In this document: piece by piece, positions 10,697 to 18,763 of the stretch
Numbering within the stretch: the first letter of the stretch is position 1
Layout: every line of letters begins with the position of its first letter
Assembly: GCA_963613135.1 (NCBI GenBank)
Contig: CAVDXU010000003.1
Location: 65,450 to 129,449, forward strand
Source of the DNA: a bacterium
GTDB lineage: Bacteria; Actinomycetota; Coriobacteriia; Coriobacteriales; Eggerthellaceae
Length of the DNA: 64,000 nt
Direction: 5' to 3'
Translations under genes and position numbers: made by a program
The notes under the pieces: generated by a model
What the model was told of the DNA's origin: nothing
Seen by the model: only the letters and a program-made list of their open reading frames with translations
Database searches by the model: none

Positions 10697-11968
10697 CTAT
10701 TGCGCGATGTCTTCCGGCAGACCGATATGGCCGAGCACGGCGCTTGCCGCCGCGACAACGGGGCTTGCCAGGTAGACTTCGCTCGTCGGGTCGCCCATGC
10801 GGCCGACGAAGTTACGGTTCGACGTGGATACGCAGCGCTCGCCGGCGGCGAGGATGCCCATGTAGCCGCCCAGGCACGGGCCGCAGGTGGGCGTGGAAAC
10901 GGCGCAGTTCGCGTCAAGGAAAATGTCCATCAGGCCCTCGGCGATACACTGCTTGTAGACGGCCTGCGTCGCCGGGATTACGATGCAGCGCACATCCGGG
11001 TGCACCTTGCGGCCCTTGAGCACCGCGGCGGCCTGGCGCATGTCCTCCAAGCGGCCGTTCGTGCAGCTGCCGATGACCGCCTGGTCGATCTTCACGTCGC
11101 GCGAATCGGCGGCCGGGCGCGTGTTCGAAGGCAGGTGCGGCCACGCGACCGTCGCCGGGATGTCGGCGGCATCGATCTCGTAAACCTGGGCGTAGGTGGC
11201 GTCGGCATCGGAGTGGTATTCCGTATACGGGCGCTCGGTGCGGCCATCCATATAGGCGCGCGTAATGTCGTCAACCTCGATGAGGCCGGCCTTGCCGCCG
11301 GCTTCGATGGCCATGTTCGAAATGGAGAGGCGCTGGTCCATGGAAAGCGAGCGGATGGCGCTGCCCGTGAACTCCATGGCCTTGTACAGCGCACCGTCCA
11401 CACCGATCATGCCGATGATGTACAGGATGATGTCCTTGCCGGTCACGCCCGGGGCAAGCTCGCCCTCGATCTTGAACAGGAGGGTTTCGGGAACCTTGAA
11501 CCACGCCTTGCCGGTGGCGTAGCCGACGGCGGCGTCGGTGGAGCCCACGCCCGTGGAGAACGCGCCGAGCGCGCCGTAGGTGCACGTGTGGCTATCCGCG
11601 CCGATGATCAGATCGCCCGCGCCCACAACGCCCTGCTCGGGAAGCAGCGCGTGCTCGACGCCCATGCAGCCGACCTCGTAGTAATGGGTGATGCCCTGCT
11701 CGCGTGCGAACTCGCGCGTCATCTTCGCCTGCTCGGCGCTCTTGATGTCCTTGTTGGGAACGTAGTGATCGGGCACCAGCGCGATCTTGGTGGGGTCGAA
11801 CACCTTCTCCACGCCGATCTGCTTGAAATTCTTGATGGCGATGGGAGCCGTGATGTCGTTGGAAAGCACCAGGTCGAGATTGCACTCGATCAGCTGCCCC
11901 GGCTCGACCTCGTCAAGCCCCGCATGGGCGGCCAAAATCTTTTCCGCCATGGTCATGGGACGTGCCAT
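10697..11968 (-). CDS. leuC: 3-isopropylmalate dehydratase large subunit (LeuC type 2)
   Basis: [31 protein letters not shown]; start MARPMT with SD AAGGAG. Confidence 0.94.
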   Translation of the reverse strand: MARPMTMAEKILAAHAGLDEVEPGQLIECNLDLVLSNDITAPIAIKNFKQIGVEKVFDPTKIALVPDHYVPNKDIKSAEQAKMTREFAREQGITHYYEVGCMGVEHALLPEQGVVGAGDLIIGADSHTCTYGALGAFSTGVGSTDAAVGYATGKAWFKVPETLLFKIEGELAPGVTGKDIILYIIGMIGVDGALYKAMEFTGSAIRSLSMDQRLSISNMAIEAGGKAGLIEVDDITRAYMDGRTERPYTEYHSDADATYAQVYEIDAADIPATVAWPHLPSNTRPAADSRDVKIDQAVIGSCTNGRLEDMRQAAAVLKGRKVHPDVRCIVIPATQAVYKQCIAEGLMDIFLDANCAVSTPTCGPCLGGYMGILAAGERCVSTSNRNFVGRMGDPTSEVYLASPVVAAASAVLGHIGLPEDIAQ

Positions 11969-12052
11969 ATTCACTCCTTTTGCTTTTACCTCGTCTGCCC
12001 AAACGGGCCCTCGATGAAACGTGCCTGATTGTACCACCGTGAAGATTGCGGC

Positions 12053-12625
12053 CTAGAAATAAGAACCATAATAGTAGGAAGAACCCGTACTGCCCGAGGA
12101 GGCGACGGCAGCGATAACGGCTCCGAGGAAGCCCAAGCAGGCAAGGACCCAGAGAACCACCCAGACCGCCATCCCGATTGCCGAGAACTTGATGGCGTCG
12201 TTTTTCACCTGAGCGAATTTATCCGCGTTTGCCAACCAGGCGATCAAGATGCCGGGGATGCCCAGCAGGGCGCCGATGACGAACCACCCGAATTTCATGC
12301 CGCCCGTCAACTTGGTGAGCGGTGCGGGGATTACCACCTGCGGCGGCACTGCGCTCACCGTCGCAGCGGGCTGCTGCGGATGCGCGGGATGCGCGGGTTG
12401 CGGCGGCTGATTATACGCGGTCGGTGCCGTGGCCGTCTGCTGCGGCTGCTGATGCTGGCCATACTGAGCGGATGGCATGCTTGCCTGCTGTTGAGGCGCC
12501 GCTGGCTGCGGTGCGGGCTGCTGCGGTTGCGCCGCCGGCTGATGCGGTTGCGGTGCCGCGGGTTGCGGTGCCTGCTGCGCCGGCTGCGCGGGTACCGGCT
12601 GGTCCTGCATATTCTCGTCTGACAT
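12053..12625 (-). CDS. Pro/Gln-rich membrane protein, two C-terminal TM helices
   Basis: QQPAPQP low-complexity N-terminus then hydrophobic segments; SD GAAAGG. Confidence 0.75.
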   Translation of the reverse strand: MSDENMQDQPVPAQPAQQAPQPAAPQPHQPAAQPQQPAPQPAAPQQQASMPSAQYGQHQQPQQTATAPTAYNQPPQPAHPAHPQQPAATVSAVPPQVVIPAPLTKLTGGMKFGWFVIGALLGIPGILIAWLANADKFAQVKNDAIKFSAIGMAVWVVLWVLACLGFLGAVIAAVASSGSTGSSYYYGSYF

Positions 12626-12720
12626 GTTGAACCTTTCCCTCGTTCACGCCCTTATACACGTCGAAGCCGACAGGCGGCTTCGACGATTCTCATTATGTGC
12701 CGTGCCGACGCCCGCAAGCG

Positions 12721-13620
12721 CTACTCTTTGGACAACGCGGTGCACAGAGCATCAAGCAGGTTGATGGCGAAATGCTGCGCGCTGCGGCCCTCGCCGGCAT
12801 CCTCCCAAACCGTTCCGGGAAGCTCGACCGCGATACGGGCCGGATGCGCTCCCCGCGCCGCCGTCAGCGCGCTGGTCATGCGAACAGCCATGCCGTGCTC
12901 GGGTTCGTACGATACACGAGGCGTCGCACCGGTGTTTTCATCAGGAAGAACGATATGCACCATCAGCATGGTCTCATCCGGCGCAACGAGCAGGTTGTCG
13001 GCGCTGATGATCTTCGATGCAGGATTGGTGGCAAGCGCCAAGTTCGACATGCGCGAAGCAACGGCGCGCGTGAAAGATTGCGTGCCGAACAGGCACAGCG
13101 CATGGTTTTCGAGCACGCCGGCAGCACGCGCGAACCCCAGATGGGACGAGCGGCGGACGGTTTCCTTCCCTTCCCAGGAAAAATGCAGGTTGCGCAAAGA
13201 CGCATACGTGTATGCCCCGGCAATGCCGTCGGTGGGCAAGCCCATGTTGGTTTGGAACTTGCGAAGGGCGAGCTCGGTGAATGCGCCGAACATGCCGTCA
13301 ACTTCGCCGCAAGCGAACCCCAGCGCCGAAAGCGCGCGCTGCAGTTGCTCGACATCATGACCATGGAAATACGGCATGCGCAAATACAGCGTTCGATCAC
13401 CGAGGCTATAGGATGCATCGACCAACGTCGTCCATGTTTTCTCGTCGACATCACGCCCCGCGCCAAGCCCTGACTGCCTGCGAAATGCCGCCACCGCATC
13501 CGCGGTCTGCGGGCCGAACGTTCCGTCGATATGGGCTTCGTCCAAAAGCCCGATAAGGGATAAACGGTGCTGCACGTCCTCAACGGCCGCTCCAGCATCC
13601 CCTTCTTTGATGATTTCCAT
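12721..13620 (-). CDS. Peptidoglycan-binding domain protein (two PG_binding_1-like repeats)
   Basis: VEDVQHRL..IDGTFGPQT..AV and DVEQLQRAL..VDGMFGAFT..ALRKFQ..GL..DGIAG. Confidence 0.88.
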   Translation of the reverse strand: MEIIKEGDAGAAVEDVQHRLSLIGLLDEAHIDGTFGPQTADAVAAFRRQSGLGAGRDVDEKTWTTLVDASYSLGDRTLYLRMPYFHGHDVEQLQRALSALGFACGEVDGMFGAFTELALRKFQTNMGLPTDGIAGAYTYASLRNLHFSWEGKETVRRSSHLGFARAAGVLENHALCLFGTQSFTRAVASRMSNLALATNPASKIISADNLLVAPDETMLMVHIVLPDENTGATPRVSYEPEHGMAVRMTSALTAARGAHPARIAVELPGTVWEDAGEGRSAQHFAINLLDALCTALSKE

Positions 13621-13628
13621 AAACGCGC

Positions 13629-14684
13629 CTACTTCAATCGATTGACGAACCAGTCCGCCATCGACGCCAACAGATCACGCGACGTCGAGGGCTTCACCAT
13701 GTCGATCAGGCGATTCTTCGCGATGCTCGTCAGGTTCTCAGCATATGAGCGAGCGTAGTCGATGCTACCGGCCGCTTGCATGATCTCGACAGCCTCGGCA
13801 AGGACCGCAGGATCTTTCTCCTTCGCCGAAAGGATGGCGATCAGGCGATCGCGCGCGGCCCCGTTGGCGTTCGTGAGCGCATGCACGACCATAAGCGTGC
13901 GCTTACCTTCGGTGATATCGTTGCGGAAATCCTTCTTCGTGGACTCCTCGCTTCCAACCAGATTGAGAAGGTCGTCCTGGATCTGGAACGCCAATCCGGT
14001 ATCCAAACCGTAGTTGCGCAGGGCTTCGATCTCGGCCTCGGTGCCGCCGCCGATGATGGCGCCCACGGCCAAGGGGACAGCACCCGAATAATGGGCGGTC
14101 TTGTGCGTCGCCATGACCAGGTAATCCTCAGGGGTGATATCGTAGCGGCCGTCGCGCGCCCAACCGATGTCGAGAGCCTGTCCCTCGATCGTGCGACGGG
14201 TCATGTTGATCAGCTCGCCGATGACGCGAACCTTGGTAGGGTCATCCAGGTCGGGATCTTCCACCACCGTGCCGTTGACCAGGGAAAGCGCCAAGTCGCC
14301 AGCATTGATGGCAAGGCCAACGCCTTCGGTGAGATGCATGCACGGCTCGCCGCGGCGCAGCTCCGCCTCGTCGGCGATGTCGTCATGGATAAGGGCTGCC
14401 GTGTGAAAATGCTCGATAGCAGCCGCGGCGCAGGTTGCCAAACGCATGTCCCCGCCAACCGCGCGGCAAGCCGCGAAGCAGATGAGCGGGCGATGACGCT
14501 TGCCGCCGTTTTCGCTGTACTTCTTGAGCGGATCGTACAGGTAGCGGTCCATATCCGGATGAGTTCCCGATGGCAAATAGCCGTTAATCAGGTCGCCGAC
14601 CTGATTCGCATAGAGCGTAAGGTACTCTTCGAAGGTCTCGGGGGGTTCTGTGACGTCTGCGACGATATCGTTGATATTCTTCAT
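13629..14684 (-). CDS. Polyprenyl diphosphate synthase
   Basis: GGKRHRP, LIHDDIAD..RRG, GQALD, KT, FQIQDD motifs; start MKNIND. Confidence 0.93.
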   Translation of the reverse strand: MKNINDIVADVTEPPETFEEYLTLYANQVGDLINGYLPSGTHPDMDRYLYDPLKKYSENGGKRHRPLICFAACRAVGGDMRLATCAAAAIEHFHTAALIHDDIADEAELRRGEPCMHLTEGVGLAINAGDLALSLVNGTVVEDPDLDDPTKVRVIGELINMTRRTIEGQALDIGWARDGRYDITPEDYLVMATHKTAHYSGAVPLAVGAIIGGGTEAEIEALRNYGLDTGLAFQIQDDLLNLVGSEESTKKDFRNDITEGKRTLMVVHALTNANGAARDRLIAILSAKEKDPAVLAEAVEIMQAAGSIDYARSYAENLTSIAKNRLIDMVKPSTSRDLLASMADWFVNRLK

Positions 14685-14987
14685 AAGGCTTTCTTGTCTG
14701 AGTAGCCAATGTGCCTGAATCATGGTACCACATGCCGCGTTGCCGCTAGCAGGCTCCATCCAATCGGCGGCACGAAAAGGCCGAGAAGGGGAAATGCGCT
14801 TGAGACTCGCGCCCCCGCTGCGCGCGAGCGCACCCCTCCCTCGCAGGCTCGGTCGGGCGAAACCCTGAAAACGTGCCACCGGCACGTTTCCTTGACGGGT
14901 TTCCACCTCATCGTTTCGGGCCCCGCCGCACATGGCCGCTAGAAAGACCGCACGGAGTGTTTCCCGTGTTCCGTTCGTTATCTGAAA

Positions 14988-15072
14988 TGGTAGGAGCGGT
15001 GGGACTCGAACCCACAAGCCTTGCGGCGGCGGATTTTAAGTCCGCTGTGTATGCCAATTCCACCACGCTCCC
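14988..15072 (-). tRNA. tRNA-Leu (TAA)
   Basis: GGGAGCG..GCGGA-CTTAAAA-TCCGC, long variable arm, GTTCGAGTCC, encoded CCA. Confidence 0.97.
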
Positions 15073-15255
15073 GTAGTGATGCGGCCGCTCTAAGGCCGCT
15101 TACGCGACAGTTATGATACCAGAAGATGACCGCTCTCTTCCGTGGATTCGCCTGCGCTGCGTTTTGCGAATACCGCCGCATTCCCTGCCGGCGATGCGGG
15201 GCGATCCTCATCCCGGCGCAGATGCCGAGCCGAATTCGAGCCGAACCCGAGCACC

Positions 15256-16266
15256 CTAATCGTTCGCGCTTGCGGCGTCGAGGACCATGCCGTGCAGGAT
15301 GTCCGTTTCACTGACGGCGAAAGCGTCCACGCCGGCAAGGTCCATCACGACCTGCATGATCAGCAATCCGGCCACGATCACCGGCGCCCGCCCCGGATCG
15401 AGCCCTATCACTTCCTGCCGCCGCTCAAGCGGTATCGCTCGAAGCATATCGAACTGGCGGTTGATCTGCTCGCGCGTGACGTGCTGCTTGTGGACGAGCG
15501 CGCTATCGTATGTTGCGATGCAGTCACGCACGGTGACCACCGTGGTGGCTGTGCCCGCAACGGCGACGAGCCGATACGTTTCAGCCGACCGCCTCGCTTG
15601 ACAAAGCCCATCTTCCATCTCGCCGCGAATCCAGGCGCGTGCCTGCTCGAGCTCCGCTTCCGCAGGAGGATCCGCGCAGATGAAACGCTCGGTCACGCGA
15701 CGGCAGCCAACGTTGAACGAATGGGCCCAACATGGTTTCTCAGCGGCTTTTCCCACGACAACCTCCGTCGATCCGCCGCCGATATCGACCACCATGAGGG
15801 TTTCCCCCGCAAAATCGCATGAAGCGCCGGCAAACGACAGAGCCGCCTCCTTCTCGCCCGGGATAACCGCCAGCGTTACGCCCAGCTCGCTCAAGGCATT
15901 CACGAACGAGTCGGCATTCCGCGCGTCACGCGAAGCGCTCGTCGCCATGGCGATCGTGGCAACCACCGGATGGCTCGCCGTCGAAAGCGCGTCCCGAACG
16001 GCGATGAACCTGCGCAAAGTCGACACGACGCGGCTGATCGCCTCCGGCTTCAGAAGCCCTGTCGCATCGACGCCTTCTCCCAGATTGGTGATAGCGTATT
16101 CGCAGGCAAGCTCCTTGATGCCGCCCGCCTCATCAACATCGGCGACCAGCATTCGGCAGGTCACGGTGCCGATGTCGATGGCCGCATACCTACCAGCGCG
16201 CAGGCGGGGCGTCAATGACGTCAACGACGCGCTTGTCGTCGAGGCCGACGCGAGGGAATCGGGCAT
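15256..16266 (-). CDS. ppx: Ppx/GppA family exopolyphosphatase
   Basis: AAIDIGT, ATSASRDARN, GEKEA, DIGGGSTE, GTATT, SETDILHG. Confidence 0.92.
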   Translation of the reverse strand: MPDSLASASTTSASLTSLTPRLRAGRYAAIDIGTVTCRMLVADVDEAGGIKELACEYAITNLGEGVDATGLLKPEAISRVVSTLRRFIAVRDALSTASHPVVATIAMATSASRDARNADSFVNALSELGVTLAVIPGEKEAALSFAGASCDFAGETLMVVDIGGGSTEVVVGKAAEKPCWAHSFNVGCRRVTERFICADPPAEAELEQARAWIRGEMEDGLCQARRSAETYRLVAVAGTATTVVTVRDCIATYDSALVHKQHVTREQINRQFDMLRAIPLERRQEVIGLDPGRAPVIVAGLLIMQVVMDLAGVDAFAVSETDILHGMVLDAASAND

Positions 16267-16267
16267 G

Positions 16268-17419
16268 TTACTCCCCTTGGTTATAGCCGAACACAAAATC
16301 GAGCACCGGCGAATACCAGGTTCGCGGCGCCTTGATGTTGTCCGATGACACGTTGGCGATAACGACATCGGAATCGGAACTGGATTCAAGATCCAGCCCG
16401 CTCACATTGGCCGACTCCTCGCCCTTTTTGACCCATCCGAGCTGCTCGTGAGCGCGTTGACGAACACCCTCGTCGGTCTGCAGCGAATTCACCTCGGACT
16501 GCAGCTGCTCGTTGCGCTCCGAAACGGCCTGGTATTCGATAGCGAGCCGATCATGCTCGCGGACCTGTTGGTAATAACTCTGAGCCGGACCGTAAAGGAT
16601 GAACGCGCCGAGGAAAACGCACACGACCGCAACGGCACCGACCATGAAGCGCTTCGAGCTTAAGAGCGCCGAAGGTGAGAAACCCGAGATAAGGCCGCCG
16701 ACGGAGAACCCTTTCGATTCTTTTTCCTGCATGCGCGTCGCACGACGCTGCTTCGCGCCCATTTCCCCTTTATAGACCGCCGCACGCGACGAGGAGGAAT
16801 CGGAGGCCGGAGTATCATCCCCGAATTGCCGACGAAATTGCTCGGCGGCCTTCGCCTTAGCCTTTTGCTTCGATTTCGCGCGACGCCTGGCCTCGCGACG
16901 CTCGGCAGCCGTGATCTCCCCTCCGTCTTCCTCGGCTTCATTCCGGGAAGAACCGGATTGCACGGCACGTTCGGCGCGAGAGGCCGGAAGCGTCGTCGCG
17001 TCAGCAAACGCCGACGAGCGGCGAGCGGCCATCGTCTGACGGTTTGCCCCGGCCCTTGATCGACTGTCCCGATCAAGCGAATCGCTTGCATCGCCGCGCC
17101 GTGCGCGTCTTGCCTTGTCGCCGGCAAGACTCGACCGCCGGGCCTGCTCGTATTGGGCGATAGGCTCGTCGAGGTCATTGCGCCTGGCGCGCCCGCGGCG
17201 AGAAGCGGCGCTTCGGTGCCGCGCGGATCGCGAAGCTTCTGTTGAGTAAGGGGATGCGAAATCGTCTTCGGAAAGATACGACAAAAGAGCAGACGAGGAC
17301 CCGCCCCTGCGCGTGCGAGCGGTTTGCCCTGTGCGGCTGTTGCGAGAACGGCGATTTGACGACTGCCCGCCCGACGAGCGAGCTTCGTCAAATGAAAGAA
17401 TACGAGCCTGCGATCCCAC
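16268..17419 (-). CDS. Septum formation initiator (FtsB/DivIC-like) with long Arg/Ser-rich N-terminal extension
   Basis: Single TM, coiled coil, AHEQLGWVKKGE motif; position upstream of ppx and tRNA-Leu as in actinobacterial divIC loci. Confidence 0.8.
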   Translation of the reverse strand: MGSQARILSFDEARSSGGQSSNRRSRNSRTGQTARTRRGGSSSALLSYLSEDDFASPYSTEASRSARHRSAASRRGRARRNDLDEPIAQYEQARRSSLAGDKARRARRGDASDSLDRDSRSRAGANRQTMAARRSSAFADATTLPASRAERAVQSGSSRNEAEEDGGEITAAERREARRRAKSKQKAKAKAAEQFRRQFGDDTPASDSSSSRAAVYKGEMGAKQRRATRMQEKESKGFSVGGLISGFSPSALLSSKRFMVGAVAVVCVFLGAFILYGPAQSYYQQVREHDRLAIEYQAVSERNEQLQSEVNSLQTDEGVRQRAHEQLGWVKKGEESANVSGLDLESSSDSDVVIANVSSDNIKAPRTWYSPVLDFVFGYNQGE

Positions 17420-17620
17420 TGCTCATTGCTCCTTTAACGCATGATGTGCGGTTTGATGTTTCGTTTATGCGAGAAGCCCTGTAAGGTTGCCCCGAGGATA
17501 GCACAGACGGCGCGCGGGGCGGATGACGACGGCAGAACAACGCCCGCTTGTCAACAAATCAGGACAAACGGGCGAAACGGATTGCGATCGAGAACGCCTA
17601 TGGACGATGCGGAACGAAAG

Positions 17621-18004
17621 CTAGTCGAGATCGAGCTTCTTGATATACGCGCGCCACTTCTCAAACGATTCATCGCTGATGGCATGCTCCATCAGGCACG
17701 CCTCGTTTTCGGCAACATCCTCGGGAATTCCGAGCTCCTTGTTCAGGAACGTCAACAGCAAGCGATGACGATCATAGATGGCCGTAGCGTATTCGTATCC
17801 TTCTTCGGTAAGCGTGACATCGCCGTAGTACGGCTGCTCCGCAAGCTTCTTCTCTTTCAATGCCGTCACGGCTTTATTAACCGAAGCCTTTGAAACGCCC
17901 ATTTTGTTCGCTATATCAACCGAGCGGACGGAATCGGTGGTGGTGCCTCCGAGCATGACGATGGCCTCAAGGTAATCCTCATGAGATTTGGACATCTTCT
18001 CCAT
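17621..18004 (-). CDS. DtxR/MntR family metal-dependent transcriptional regulator
   Basis: SHEDYLEAI, HTH DIANKMGVSKASV, HRLL..FL, EACLMEH; short form with no C-terminal SH3/FeoA domain; SD AAAGGAG. Confidence 0.93.
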   Translation of the reverse strand: MEKMSKSHEDYLEAIVMLGGTTTDSVRSVDIANKMGVSKASVNKAVTALKEKKLAEQPYYGDVTLTEEGYEYATAIYDRHRLLLTFLNKELGIPEDVAENEACLMEHAISDESFEKWRAYIKKLDLD

Positions 18005-18083
18005 CAGGCTCTCCTTTCGTCTTTCAGCCCATACTACCACATTGAATTCGGGCAAACGGGCAATCGCGACCCATGTTCAAATT

Positions 18084-18251
18084 AACAGGAAGAGCGGCGT
18101 GGGAGAGGAGCTCGCGAGGGCGGAGAGGGGGGATTGCCCTCGCGAGCGTTGCTGTGCGGTGATAGCCAGACGAGAAGAGCTTCACCGCCGGGTCAGCAAA
18201 AGAAGGTTCGTCGGGCGGCGAAGAAAGAGGAGGATTCCGCGCACCTGACAT
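18084..18251 (-). ncRNA. Candidate metal-regulated small RNA (or structured leader) with three C/U-rich stem-loops
   Basis: Own promoter TTGACG-17-TATACT; hairpins 18210-18249, 18149-18199, 18110-18147 with pyrimidine loops; ends approximate. Confidence 0.6.
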
Positions 18252-18253
18252 TT

Positions 18254-18285
18254 GTTAGTATAGGATAACTATAGTAACCCGTCAA
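18254..18285 (-). promoter_or_regulatory. Sigma70-type promoter overlapped by DtxR-type operator
   Basis: -35 TTGACG (18280-18285), 17-nt spacer, -10 TATACT (18257-18262); palindrome GTTAGTATAG-GATAA-CTATAGTAAC (18254-18278). Confidence 0.8.
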
Positions 18286-18359
18286 TAACTTTGCGAAAAA
18301 GTTTTCCTTGGATAAGAAACATGGGGCGATCCGAGGCGGGCTGCTTGCGCACCCCCCGC

Positions 18360-18584
18360 TTAACGCTTGGGATTCGCGGCCTTGTTCATATCGGCGACCA
18401 TGTTTGCCGCCGCGCCGCACCCGGAGCATCCGGCGCAACCGCCGGCGCAACCGCCGCGGGGATCATCGGAGTGGCAATCGCACATGCCGTTTCGCCATAG
18501 GCGTCGAATGGCCCATGCGGCCCACGCAACGATAAGCAGCAGCACGACCACGGTCGGCAGGTTGAATTCCATTCCCAAAATCAT
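18360..18584 (-). CDS. FeoB-associated Cys-rich membrane protein
   Basis: 74 aa, TM then CDC..GCAGGCAGCSGC; directly downstream of feoB. Confidence 0.88.
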   Translation of the reverse strand: MILGMEFNLPTVVVLLLIVAWAAWAIRRLWRNGMCDCHSDDPRGGCAGGCAGCSGCGAAANMVADMNKAANPKR

Positions 18585-18654
18585 GCGCCGGCCATCCTTT
18601 CTGTGAACGCGCGGCAGGCGGCACGTTAACCAAAGATTACTTATATCGTACCCT

Positions 18655-18698
18655 AAAACGAAAGGGGACGCCACGTGAAAGTGATGTCCCCTTTCGTT
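18655..18698 (-). terminator. Intrinsic terminator downstream of feoB
   Basis: CGAAAGGGGAC..GTCCCCTTTCG stem followed by TTTT on minus strand. Confidence 0.7.
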
Positions 18699-18763
18699 CG
18701 CTTCACGAAGCCTGCCGCCCTACTGCTTCATGCGGCAGGCTTTCATGCAAGATCTCGCAAGCC

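Noticed and set aside
12360..12610. GC-rich repeats resembling a repeat array
   Set aside because: They encode the Pro/Gln low-complexity N-terminus of a membrane protein
18024..18251. 75-aa ORF as an ordinary protein gene
   Set aside because: No recognisable motif, and the sequence is better explained by three hairpins; retained only as an alternative in the sRNA finding
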